From Azolla caroliniana (taxonomy: Eukaryota; Plantae; Polypodiophyta), in NCBI GenBank assembly GCA_043228905.1, contig JBHGNT010000010.1, positions 9,114,001-9,178,000 of the forward strand: a stretch of 64,000 nt of DNA. Direction: 5' to 3'. The notes beneath the pieces were generated by a model that worked only from the letters and a program-made list of their open reading frames with translations, was not told the origin of the DNA and did no database searches. This document shows, one piece after another, positions 50,075 to 62,402 of the stretch. A program made the position numbers and the translations under genes. The first letter of the stretch is position 1, and each line of letters starts with the position of its first letter.

Positions 50075-52229
50075 TGAGTTTGCGTTGCCGCCGTTGTTGT
50101 CGTGTTACATCGTGGCATGTGTTGTTGGGGTCGTGAGTTGGGGTTGCTTTGCCCATCTTCTCCACCAAGATGTGAAATGCTCAAGAAGTGAAATGCTCTC
50201 AAGAATAGCTCCCTTTCCATTACGTTCCAAGTTACATTTTATAGACTACTCTTAGCGTGGAGGGTGTTCTCCCGCTCCATTAGCTCTTCTAATTATGGGG
50301 GCTTGGTAGGGGCCTAATTTGGGTGTGGTCCATGTGACCGCCACAATATCATTAGGAATATTTGTTGTACCAATTGTCGCAATTTCTAGGAGTTTGTTAA
50401 AATTGGAATTTCTTATATTAAAAGTGCCAATTACAAGTGTTCAAGTTTGTTTCGGCCTTGTTTTTATTGAGTTTTGACATTTTTTTACCAAAGTAGGTTT
50501 TTCACAAATTTTAAATTGCAAATAAAAAATGCCGATATAATTGCTAAAAGGAGCCCATTCCATATAATTTGTGCATCCTTTTGTTTTTTGCAAAATCTAA
50601 TATAACATGTGTAAATTTATTGCTTAAGTGAATCAATGAGAGCAAAAGAGAGCTTGCATGTTAATTGGAATGAAGTCAACAGGATCATAGCTATTGATAA
50701 CTACCATCCATGAAGGTCATCTAAAGACAATAATTATGGAGCATAGTACATATTAATTAGAAAGTCACAATGATCCTACATTATCACCTAAAACAACTTA
50801 AAACCCATGTCTCCTATTTCTTCTATTGCAATAAAAAAGTAACCAACAATCTAATCTATCTTTAGATTAAAAATATGTGCTTGTGATATTTCAATAGGTT
50901 AGAACCCTTTTCCAAAATCAATACTCAAAAGCTATTAGAGAAGTTTCTAGAAAGGCTCGAACTTCTGTTGCTCTTTGCTAGGTTGGATGGTATGCATATA
51001 GACAAAGGATGCCTGCATTTCACTCTGGTTTGAACTTTTGACTTACCCAGTTTAGGGCTTTTAACCAATCAAAAGCGAGTCGGATGATACAAGATGGCAC
51101 ACAACATCTTAACATTTAGAGAATATGGTTTAACTCCCCATGGGGTGACAATGACAAATTATCATATCCACTTTCGCTTCCCGATATAGATGGCTATGGT
51201 AATTTGTCTTTATTAACCCAAGCAAGTTAACCCATGTCTTTTCAATGTTTAGCGTCAATATGTTATTTTCCATCAAGCTATTCACTTTCAATTGGCTAAG
51301 CCATAAATTGCACCAATACAAACCGTAGTTAAAAGGGGCTTATCATCCACTCTAGATATAAGGGTTTCATCATCTGCCCTAAATACACGGATTCAAATAG
51401 TAAACATGGCCTATATGGAAACTGTGGATAGAAACTTCACATCAATGAAACAACAATAGCTTAAAAGTAGGTTATGCCAGATATGTGAGAGGGTTTTGGG
51501 TTGTGGGTTTTGGATGAGATGGGGGCCCAAATACTTATGGTCCTCAATTTGCATGGCATTGAAAGATAATGCACTCACCATCAACCTTAATTTGTTTCAT
51601 ACACATAACACATGCCCAAAATCTCAGTTTAGTCTAAATAAAGCACACAAGGCAAATGAGCTCATCTTAAAGCATCACCATTGGATTCCTCAAGCACAAT
51701 AGTAGATTTGAAATGAGGATGTTTTTTGACATTTTCTTTGTCAATACTGTTTTTCTCTGCTAGGAAATTGCCTGACATTAGGAAACATCATGAAATTCAG
51801 CTTCCGAATCACAGTTCAAGCTCTGGACCCAAAATCTGAACAGGGAACTTCAAACATTCAGCTTGGCACCTTATTCTCCGAACACCATAATATGTGGTTG
51901 AGACGCCGAGAAATTAAGAGAAATGCAATTCAACCATTGTGCCATTGAGAGTAAACCAGAAAACGGCATTCAAATTCAAACATGCATAAGCAATTAAAGG
52001 CATTCCTCTCTTCTGTTATTCATAAACAAAGAGACACAAGATCAGTTGTGTGAAGACCCTGCAGAGTCCATAGGGAGAAATCCTAAGCTTACCGAAATCA
52101 CATACATCAACATTCATTATTTACATAAAGCCTTCCCTGCAGGCAGATTACAACCCTGGTAAGAAACCAAATTTGCCAGCATCAAAAATATGGCCCCAGA
52201 GCTAGGGTTTCTCTTTATCCTTTCCTTTG

Positions 52230-52646
52230 TCAAAGAGTGGACCTAAAGGTGAGACCAGTCTTTGCCGAGAAGTCGGACAGAATCCGAGAAACTAGCCCAT
52301 CCGAGGAGGAGGATGAGGCTTGAGGAGGTTTCCAAGCCTTCCAGTGAGGAAGGAGAGAGGAGAGGAGGAGCAGGAAGCGTTTCTTTGCCTCGGATTTACT
52401 CATGTCTCCCAAGCTTCGCCATGCCGCCTGTCTCCGAGACATGGCAGGATCGATGGGAGTGGTGGACATCTGCTGCTGATCTTCTTGCTGATCTGGAGCG
52501 GGACCATCCATAGCCTGGGCGTCCAGGGCGTAGAGGATGGCTTTCACATCGTCGTGAGCGAACTGCAGGGTTGCAGAGGGGCCTTTGGCCACGAACAGCT
52601 TGGCTGCCTTCCATTCCTCCTCCTCATCATCATCACCATGATCCAT
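52230..52646 (-). CDS. Intronless acyl-CoA-binding (ACB) domain protein, divergent
   Basis: W..A..FV, LYAL..QA..GP, AW..LGDMS..EA...F...L..L.P.W pattern typical of ACB domains; CT-rich upstream leader. Confidence 0.75.
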   Translation of the reverse strand: MDHGDDDEEEEWKAAKLFVAKGPSATLQFAHDDVKAILYALDAQAMDGPAPDQQEDQQQMSTTPIDPAMSRRQAAWRSLGDMSKSEAKKRFLLLLSSLLPHWKAWKPPQASSSSSDGLVSRILSDFSAKTGLTFRSTL

Positions 52647-53405
52647 TCTTGTCTCTGTGTCTCTGTGTCTCTCTTGCTCTCATGTATATATGTAGATCAT
52701 ATTTCACCTCTAAAGACCATTATAAAATCTATTATCTAAATCTCTCTCTCTTAGGACACACTTAAGGCAAGAACCTCCTCCACATAAGGAGACAAAGCAA
52801 TCAACCCAGGAATCAAAGCCATCGATGCCATACCACTAGGAATCGGCAACGGTTTTGGCTTTAACGGGTTTGGCCTTAGTCCAAACCAAACGGGTTAAGC
52901 CTTAATTGGTTTGGGAGTTTTGTTGAGAGACAAGCTCAACATTCGGTGCAAAGTACACAGCGTAACCCAGTGTGTAGACTAGGTGCGTGAAAAAGTACGC
53001 ACAACAGGGCCGCATCGGTGTGAAAACCGAAGAGGCCGTTAGAGTGTTATTCCTTGTAAAGGAATAATTTTGGAAGTTTGTGTAGTCGGCTCATTTATGA
53101 GCATTTAAGTATTGTAAGTACTTGTGTCAGCCCGATTGTCGGGGCTTGTATATAAGGTGCTCATTGAGCACGAAGTATGTATAGAACAAAGAATTATTTT
53201 GAATTTTGATCTATTGTCTCTCTCTCGCTCTTGCTCTCTCTCTCTCTCTCCATCTCCATCTCCATCTCTGTGTTTTCTGTGTTTACTAAACTACTTTGTG
53301 TTTACGCACACACTTCCGCACAACTTTTACATGGTATCAGAGCACGAGGGTTGAAGTCCTCTGCAGCCGACAAGAAAAGCTTGCGAAAAAACAGAGTTGA
53401 ACAAT

Positions 53406-54575
53406 ATGGACAGAGGTATGGGAAGCTCGTTACCGACTGAAAAGCTCAACAGGAGCAACTACGCATCTTGGTCGTACAAGATGCACCAGTACTTGCTTGG
53501 TCATGACTACTGGAGTTATGTCGAAGGAGCCAACGATGTAGCACCCGATTCGACACACAGAGATTTTTCAGCTTGGGAACAAGCGGCAAGCAGAGTTCTC
53601 TACTCCTTTGCATCCTGTGTGAGCGACCAACTATTGAGCTATATTCGGGATGCTAAGACGCCAAAGGACACGTGGGTGAATCTCAAAAAGCTCTTCGCCA
53701 CAAGCACTACAGCCAAGAAGCTTCAACTCAGGCAAGAGTTGAACAATGTACGACAACGAGATATGTCAGTGGCTGACTACACCACCAAGATCAAAGAAAT
53801 TTGGGACTCACTCGCCTCTATCAACGTGAACATCGAGGAGGACGAGATGGTGCAGGTTTGTCTTGGCGGGTTAGCGTCTAAGTTCGGAGCTTTCCGAACG
53901 GCGGTCTGCACGAGGGAGAATACGCCTTCATTTTTTGAGCTTCAGTCAATGTTGCTCGTAGAAGAAAACCACGCGGGTGCATTGATGAGTGCGCACACCA
54001 ATGGCAAGATGCAAGCCCCATGATCGTGGTGAACGAGGCGGATCGGCGCACAATGGAGGCGGCCGAAAAGAGAAGAATGGACAACATAATCGAGATGCCG
54101 GAAGCAATTCCGAACCCTCCAGAAGCAAGGGGAGTCAGGGTAGCGCCGGAAGACGGCAAGAGAAGGCCGCGTCGGAATGCTGGTACTGTGGCAAGAAAGG
54201 CCACAAGGAGAGCGAGTGCTGGAAGAAACAAGCTGATTCAGACAAAGCTGGATCGAGTGGAAGAGACACAGGAAGGCGTAAGCAGTCGCACTACGCAGAA
54301 GGCTTTGAACGAGCCGAAAACAAATTGGGCCCTGCCTTTGTAATGAAGCATAAGGCCAATTCTATGGCCGTGAACACCTCAAAATCGAGCGAGGTGTGGT
54401 ATGTTGATTCCGGAGCGTCAAATCATATGACGAGTCACGAGGAATGGTTCTTGTACTTGGACAAACTGGAATCGCAAGGACTGGTTTAAACGAGAGACGA
54501 CACTACGCATACCATCGAACATGTCAGAGAAGTTCCCCTCACCCACGTCGGGCAGAAAGGGAAACTCATGAACGA
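53406..54575 (+). pseudogene. gag: Copia G gag-protease (frameshift near 54010, stop at 54487)
   Basis: ORFs 53397-54023 and 53989-54489. Confidence 0.85.
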
Positions 54576-57500
54576 TGTCGTGAAGTTTCCGGCACATAGT
54601 GAGAAACCGGGAGATATTGGAGGGATCGGTGAGGTGCAACGTGTGCACCCATCCTTGTAAATTTGTATAGGGAATAGGGGCGCCTTTATCGCGCCGAATG
54701 CCAATAATTACGGGACAGAGAATCCCATGTATCGTGGGTTTATCCCACATTCCACGCGACCCTCACCTTGTTCTATAAAAGGGAGGGCGCGCCCTTTGTA
54801 TAGGGGTTCCCAGTTTTCCTTTGTTTGGGTTCCATTTTTGTTCTCTGTAATATAACATAACGTTTTCTGTTTCTACCTCTGTGTCGTCTTGCTCTCTCTT
54901 CTTTGTCTCGTGTACTCTCGTTGAGGGTCTTCTGTGTCTATTCAGTTTCGTCTTGGTCTCACTCTGTTTCTGTTAGGGTTCCGTCAAGGCACTTTCTTTG
55001 TGCTCTCCGATTTCTGTTAGGTCTCGCTTGTGTGCGTGAGAGGGCATGCGCGCTCAAGTGCGGCAGACAGAGCGTGGGCTGCCTTCGCCGCTTCGTGGCC
55101 TCTGTCGTTCCTGATGCGCCATGCGCTAAGCGGATCGACCAAAGGTTCCCTCCTTGGTGCCCAAGTCCCAACTGAGGCTGGCGCGCCATTGCGCTCCCGA
55201 CGGGCGGCTTGGCGACAGGAGGCGGTTGTTCAAGGAAGGGGCGTGTCTTGCACGAGCATCCCGTCGCGCGACAGAGCTCGAGCGCTCCCCGACTGGTCGT
55301 GGGATGCAGGCTCCCTCTTCCTCTCTGTGCGGAACCGGTGTCGTGTGCGTAGGCGTAGGTGTGTTTCTAGGTAGTTTAGGGTTGTGACCTGTGGGTAGGC
55401 GTAGGTGTGTTTCTAGGCATAGGTGTGCATGAGGCTAAGTTCTAACCGGTGCTGAAGAGCCGGTCAAAACCGGGTGTATATGTGTGCGTGCGTGCGCGCG
55501 GGCGCGGTTAACCGGGTCATGACCTGTGCTTGTTTTGGGCCCTTGTACATACGAACCGAAGGGCAGTGAAGATGAGCGCGCGTCTTCTCACTCCGTGGAC
55601 GGTTATCGGTCGAAGTCGAGAAGAAATTGGTAGTGCGGCAAGATCCCAAGGACTCGAGCCTCTGAGAGTCTCCTCTCTCCTGGTTCGTGACCCCGGTGGT
55701 CCCGCCTGGATCCGACATGCAAGCGCGGATTAGCAGGACATCTTTGGTGAACCCGACATGAAAGGCGGTGACGGAGAGTGGAGTTGGAGGCCGAAGACTT
55801 CGAGGGGAGGAGTCGAGGAGCGGCGCATTGTCATGAGCGAGGTCGAACGAGTCGACCGTTACAGCGACAAGGAGGGTGCGAAACGAATCGCCCTCTTTGA
55901 CATGGTGAGAAAGACCGACTGGGCGAAGGTCGAGAATCAAGAAGAAGATGATCGAGGGTGCAGAACGAGTCCAGCAGGATCGGCATTGGAGCCGAAACTC
56001 CGGACATTGGAGAATCAAGCCCAGACAGGGATTGATCGATCATAGAGCGGATGCTTTCCACCGACACCACTAAAAGGGTCGGTGGCCAAATGAGTCGTTG
56101 GGATAGTTACAAAATCGGTGTACCCACAACTTGACCGGAGACTTCGGCAGTTTGGCCGGCGTGGCAATGTGAGACCGAAAGAGAAGGGAAATGGAGGCGG
56201 GAGCATAGCAAGGAGAGCGACGACAAGTTCAGGAGAAGTACAAGGGATGAAGCGGAAGGCAGGGAAGACCCGGTCCTATGGGTCACCTCACATCGGGCTA
56301 GAGACTTCGGCGATCGGCATCGGATCCGACGTAAGACCAAGATACTGACGATGGCGGCAGGAGAACGGAACCCGGCAATGCGGAGTGACGGAAGGGCCCG
56401 GACGAGCGGCCTTCCGGATAACCGATCCGGAAGGGAGGAAAAGAAGTCGGTACGATGGTACCATGGGAGAGGGTGCGGAGCAAGCCGCCCTCTCAACATG
56501 CAGAGAAGGACGACCCATGATAGGGTCATGATGACAAATCGAGGGCCGGAGAAGGATCCTCCACATCGGCTCTAGAGACTTTGGCTGTGCAAGCCGGCGA
56601 GGCGACGTAAGACCAAGGAGAAGGACAGTGGCGGCGAGGTGACGAAGGGAAGAATGACAAAGAAGGTATCCGGCCGGCGAGGCGGCCATGAACCGAATCG
56701 GACCTTCTGGTAAGGTCGAATGAGGATAAGGAAGACCCGGTCCTATGGGGTCCTCACACCGCTCCGGAGACCTTGGTAGTGCAAGCCGGTGAGGCGATGT
56801 AAGACCAAGGAGGACGGTGGCGACAGGAATCGGGACCTACCAACGCGGAAGATACGAGGAGAGTCGGGAGTGACTCAAACAAAAGACACCCGAATTTCAG
56901 CAAGCAACGAAACGAAGACCGGTCCTATGGGATCTTCACACCAATCTAGAGACTCTGGTTGTTCAGCCAACGTGGCAACGTAAGACCGAGAGAGAAGGAT
57001 GGTGGTGGCAAGGAACAGGACCCGACATCGACAATAGCCGGCAAGACGGAAGTTGTCTAAGTGCAAAACCCCTACCGGCCGGTTAGGGTTTCCGAAGGAG
57101 CCGGTAAGGGCAAGTACGGGCGGTGTGCCAAGCCAGGAAGGGCACACCCAGAGTTGAAGAAGGATTGTGCAAGTGCCCATTGAGGGCCGAATCGGAGCAC
57201 AACTAAAGGATGGCACGCACACGATGGTGTCGGGAACGCGGAAAGGGGTGCGCGACGAACTGCACGGGTCAGAGACCGGGAAAGATATATAGGCCGGAGA
57301 AGGATCCTCCACGCCCGCTTTGGAGATCTCGACGGCTTAGTCAGAGTGGCAACGATTGGTGTGGCAAGCCAAACCCGACATGACAAGCTGGTGGGGGCGA
57401 GGGGACGATGGCGAGCGAAAGGCTTCAACCCGGCGGTAGCGGCGCAAGACGAAAGAGGGCCAAGCAGGCTACTACGGGTATTCCTCGGACACAAAGGACA

Positions 57501-59045
57501 CCCACAGGCGAAAGGGAAGTGGTGGTGCCGGGACTTTGCACGCACTAACTCTGGAGACTTCGGCATCCGGCCCGAGAGCTCGTAGGAGACCGAGAGTGAC
57601 AAACGATAGCGGCGGCAAAGACGGCAACCAAGACAACGCGGCGACGAACTGAGGCCAAGCGGGCCGTTATAGGCGCTCCTCGAGCGGAGAACCCCAGGCT
57701 TACGGCGGATAGCGGAGCGTGCATTTGGCCAAGTGAAGGGTCAGGAGCGAAGCACGCGTACTACGGGACCGCGGCGGACGACCTGTCGACGGGTCGAATG
57801 AGCCTACGAGGAGGCAAGCGCGAGGAAGACCCGGAGCCGACAGATCAAACCCGACAACGATCGATGTGGCAAGCCGGGATGCGAACGCGAAAGACCGGTT
57901 TCTCACCGGCCGGAATCCTTCTCCCTTCTCCGGAATTGGCACGTACTAGTGGACATGTGGTTTGGTGGGTGTGGATGTCATGAAGTTTCCGGCACATAGT
58001 GAGAAACCGGAAGACATTGGAGGGATCGGCAAGGTGCAATATGTGCACCCATCCTTGTAAATTTGTATAGGGAATAGGGGCGCCTTTATCGCGCCGAATG
58101 CCAATAATTACGGGACAGAGAATCCCATGTATCATGGGTTTATCCCATATTCCACGCGACCCTCACCTTGTTCTATAAAAGGGAGGGCGTGCCCTTTGTA
58201 TAGGGGTTCCCAGTTTTCCTTTGTTTGGGTTCCATTTTTGTCCTCTGTAATATAACATAACGTTTTCTGTTTCTACCTCTGTGTCGTCTTGCTCTCTCTT
58301 CTTTGTCTCGTGTACTCTCGTTGAGGGTCTTTTGTGTCTATTCAGTTTCGTCTTGGTCTCACTCTGTTTCTGTTAGCTTTCCATCAAGGCACTTTCTTTG
58401 TGCTCTCCGATTTCTGTTAGGTCTCGCTTGTGTGCGTGAGAAAAGAGCGTGGGCTGCCTTCGTCGCTTCTTGGCCTCTGTCGTTCCTGATGTGCCATGCG
58501 CTAAGTGGATCGACCGAAGGTTCCCTCCTTGGCGCCCAAGTCCCAACTGAGGCTGGCGAGCCCGTGCACTCCCGGCGGGCGACTTGGCGACAGGAAGCGG
58601 TTGTTCAAGGAAGGGGCGTGTCCTGCACGAGTATCCCGCCGCGCGACAGAGCCCGAGTGCTCCCCGACCGGTCGTGGGATGTAGGCTCCCTCTTCCTCTC
58701 GGTGTGTAACCGGTATCGTGTGCGTAAGTGTGCGTTTCGCTGAGTTCGAACCGGTGCCAAAGAGCCGGTCAAAACCGGGTGTATATGTGTGTGTGCATGC
58801 GCGTAGGCGCGGTTAACCGGGCCGTGATCCGTGCCTGTTTTGGGCCCTTGTACATATGAACCGAAGGGCAGTGAAGATGAGCGCGCGTCTTCTCACTCCA
58901 CAGACGGTTATCGGTCACAGCCGAGAAGAAATCAGTAGTGCGGCAAGATCCCAAGGACTCGAGCCTCCGACAATCTCCTCTCTCCTGGTCCATGACCTGG
59001 GTGGTCCCGCTTGGATCCGACATGCGAGCGCGGATTAACGCGACA
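54576..59045 (+). mobile_element. Non-autonomous (LARD-like) Gypsy 'E'; LTRs 54576-55740 and 57976-59045; PBS tRNA-Trp; TSD ACG(A/T)
   Basis: Long direct repeats TGTCRTGAAG...GACA; PBS 55745-55760; non-coding GC-rich internal region with tandem repeats; excision restores Copia MNVLH.PTITKNLVSVG. Confidence 0.88.
56260..57620 (+). repeat. Degenerate tandem repeats (about 180-380-bp spacing) in the internal region of E
   Basis: Recurring GGTCCTATGGG/GGATCCTCCAC...GAGACT...GTAAGACC motifs near 56263, 56548, 56731, 56914, 57296 and 57550. Confidence 0.75.
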
Positions 59046-59161
59046 ACGTATTGCACGGCCCGACAATAACCAAGAACCTTGTGTCGGTTGGATAGATTGT
59101 TGACCAAGGTATGCAAGTTCGATTCACGCATCTCGACTGCTTCATAGAAGAGGAAGGCAAA

Positions 59162-59616
59162 TATTATAGATCATAGTACTAATGTAAGCTTAAGATAAGG
59201 ATAATGAAAAGATAGATAGAAAGGAGAAAGAGAAAGAAGGGTGCCGATCCACCCGACCACCCCCGAGCGAAGGGATCGAGACGGACTCGAGCCTCGATCG
59301 GCGTCCCATACCACCGCCGTGGCGTCGAGTCGTACCTGGTGCTGGCGCGCTCGCTACAAGAGTTGACCCACCACACGAGCAGAGTCTCGATGTAGTCAAA
59401 AGATGATCAAATGAGGGTAGCTAGGCCTCTTATTTATAGCGATACCCAAGGCCCCCAGGCAAGTTCACACTTGACCTAATGGGTTGTCTCAATCCCGAGG
59501 ATTAAAAGTAATCCTCCCCTTCTTTACACTCTCATTTAACCCTCACACTTATCCACGTGTATAGAATACTACGGTAAATTCTTACCACGGGATATTATAT
59601 GGTCATGCCCGTAACA
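59162..59616 (-). mobile_element. Solo LTR (455 bp), 5-bp TSD GCAAA
   Basis: GCAAA at 59157-59161 and 59617-59621; T(A/G)TTA...TAACA termini; excision restores Copia IEEEGKVIAQGRREGRMFIL. Confidence 0.82.
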
Positions 59617-59859
59617 GCAAAGTAATCGCACAAGGGCGCCGTGAAGGGAGGATGTTTATCCTCGACACTAATCAAGCCGGCACCGCGTTGTACGCGAAAG
59701 GAGAAAAGGTCGAATCGGATATCGATTTGTGGCACAAGCAGTTTGGCCACGTAAATTTCCCACAACTTCATGAAATGCAGACGAAGAACATCGTATTCGG
59801 ATTGCCGAAATTTTGGGGCTGTAATGCCCAAGTCTGTGAAGCCTGTCAGATGGGAAAAC

Positions 59860-62366
59860 TATCGAATTCAAGTGTATAATGGCCGTATTCACACTGTCAC
59901 TTTGGACAGCCCAAGTTTGGGCTATTTTTGTAAATAGCATAAAGGGCAATTGCCCTAGGATAGTCACTATATAAATTGACTTTGTAACCTTTAGTAAAGG
60001 TCGGTTGTCATTCTTTGTAACTATTGCTATTAGAATATAATGTTTTTGTTTTGTGCCTATCTCTCATACAGTGACCCCCATACATAAAGGGGGGGACCCC
60101 ATGGACCCAAATACATATAGGACCATTATGATAGGCCATACCCTTGCTAAGTTATATGGTGCAGTAATGGAAGCAGAGCTTAGCGACTACATGGAGACCC
60201 TAAACCTTCGTGCACCTGAACAAGCTGGCTTTAGACGAGCCTTCTCCACTATTGATCACATCTTCACACTTAGATGCCTAATTGACCAAACTAGGGCTCG
60301 CAAGAAGAGATTATATTGTTGTTTTGTGGACTTCCGCAAAGCCTTTGACACAGTCCCTAGAGATCGGTTGTCTGATAGACTTAAAAGCTTGAGGATACCA
60401 GATGATATGGTATGGGCCATCTATGCACTATATGAACAAGTGTCCGGGTGTGTCCGATGCCCAGGTGGCCTATCCAATCGTTTCACTAGCACTATTGGTG
60501 TAAAACAAGGTTGCCCCCTATCACCGACGCTTTTTGGGATCTACATTGATGAGATCACAGATTTTATTGCTCGTGAGGGAGGCACCGGAGTGGTCCTTGG
60601 GGATACGCAGGTTCGTATCTTGCTCTATGCGGATGACATAGTTTTGCTCTCTGAATCCGAACACGACCTACAGAGGCACCTCAATGCCTTAGATGACTTT
60701 TGTGTACAACGAGGATTGGTAGTGAATCTAGGGAAAACGAAAGTCCTTATCTTCCACACATCGGCCCAAGTTAGAGCTACGTGTCGCCTAACTATCTCCC
60801 ATAGCCCAATCGAGGTGGTTGGATCGTACGTATATCTCGGAGTCACTTTTAGTGCCCGCTCAGGTAAATTTTCGATGACACAGGCAGCGAAGGATAGACT
60901 CACGAGAGGACATGCATCCCTCTCACTCCTAGAGAGACAATGCCACCAAGCACACTTTCAAGAGCCACGTACTAAAGGGTGGCTCTTTGACTCATTAGTG
61001 ACCCCCTCCCTCATGTATGCATCAGCGGTTTGGGCTCCAGGATTACCATCCTTCATGTGGACGCAAGTAGAGAGACCATTGGTGATGATGCTATCACGCC
61101 AACTCCGAAGCAAATCGACTGTACCACATGACATTATTAGGGCCGAGTTCACGTTACCCCCAATGCTAGTAGAGGCACTTTTTCAACTTGTAGTCTTTAT
61201 TGATAGGATACATAGCCAACCACATGATAGAATATCTCATCAAGCCTTTAAGGCCTCTCGATCATTGTATGAGTCCGGCTATACTAGCTCATGGTATGGC
61301 ATGATGGTGACTTGGCTTCTTGCGAATGGTCTAGACATTAATAACCTACCTCCCCTTAGGTACAACCACACGAGTGATAACACCTTAATCTCTCATGAGA
61401 ACCGCAATAAAGTAATACGACAAGAAATATGGCAAATTTACACTCGTTGTAAATGGATCACCCCACTAGAGCCACTCCCATCTAAAATGTCGTACTATAA
61501 GAAACACTTCATGCACTTCTCTGAGTTAGGTTTTATCACACGGCCAAAATATCTAGATGTATTCTTACCACATGCACTAAGGGTTGCCATTGGACAACTT
61601 AGAATATCGTCTCACCAACTTGAGATTGAAAATGGCCGTACTAGTGGAGTCCCTAGGGAGGAAAGGATATGTAGGTTATGTCACATAGAGATAGAGGATG
61701 AGTACCACTTTACATGCAAGTGTCCAACCTATGCCGAGATAAGGGCAAAATACCAAGACATACTTGGTCCGTCTCCCACCCTCCCCAAACTATTAGATAC
61801 TCTAGATATAAAGAAATTAGGCAAATACATTCTAGAGCTAAAACAACACAGAGAGAATAAATTACAAAATGTTGACAATAATGTTGCTAATGATCACGAA
61901 CATGTAACAAATGCAGTTTTTCAGGAACCTGAGGAGACAACGAATGCCGACACACTTGCACCACTCGGCCTTTCCATTGATGAGGCAGAAAACCAGAGAA
62001 GAACCAGACGTCCTCGGGTGCCGGGTTTCAAAACAACTCAACGTGATGTGGAAGCAATATTGAAAATAAGGGAACGTGAGCTACACCGCCTAGAAGCCAT
62101 GGCTAGGGCACTCTCTACATTGGAACCCACATCAAGACCCTTTGACCCCCCACTTCTTTTCGAGAGGCTTGGGTGGAAATAAAATTAGGCTTAGTGTATA
62201 GTCACTTTCGAGTATACTACATATTGTACACTACTAGAACTCTTTTAGTTTAAGTTCTATTTTTTTTTACTTAATTTTATTTTTAGTTATGATGACTGGA
62301 TAAATACTCTATTGTTGTAAACCAATTGTCTCATGGGCCAAATTTGGCCTTAGAAGACGTTAATAC

Positions 62367-62402
<36 letters not shown>

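Larger units (their letters stand above)
45697..50345 (-). mobile_element. Non-chromovirus Ty3/Gypsy 'J'; short LTRs 45697-45856 and 50171-50345; 4-bp TSD ATAT; tRNA-Ala-like PBS
   Basis: Near-identical LTRs of about 160 bp; PBS TGGTGGAGAA; PPT CAAGGGGGAAT; gag 49193-50074; RT (DLDD), TDAS RNase H, integrase 45877-47046. Confidence 0.9.
52921..59859 (+). mobile_element. Ty1/Copia 'G'; 5' LTR 52921-53331, PBS iMet 53332-53343; interrupted by E, a solo LTR and Copia H
   Basis: TGTTGAG..TTTACA, TGGTATCAGAGC; gag, CWYCGKKGHKESEC, WYVDSGAS; LWHKQFGH..CEACQ at about 59730-59857. Confidence 0.9.

Noticed and set aside
56260-57620. CRISPR-like repeat-spacer array
   Set aside because: Repeats are long, degenerate and irregularly spaced, the context is a eukaryotic retroelement, and there are no cas genes
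54903-59399. Many overlapping ORFs in element E
   Set aside because: GC-rich LTR and internal sequence with few stops; no recognisable domains; frames differ between the two LTRs
59873-60070. Small independent solo LTR TGTATA..CATACA
   Set aside because: No TSD; the 3' part reads as LINE coding sequence (SHTVTPIHK), and the rest fits the first half of the Copia H LTR
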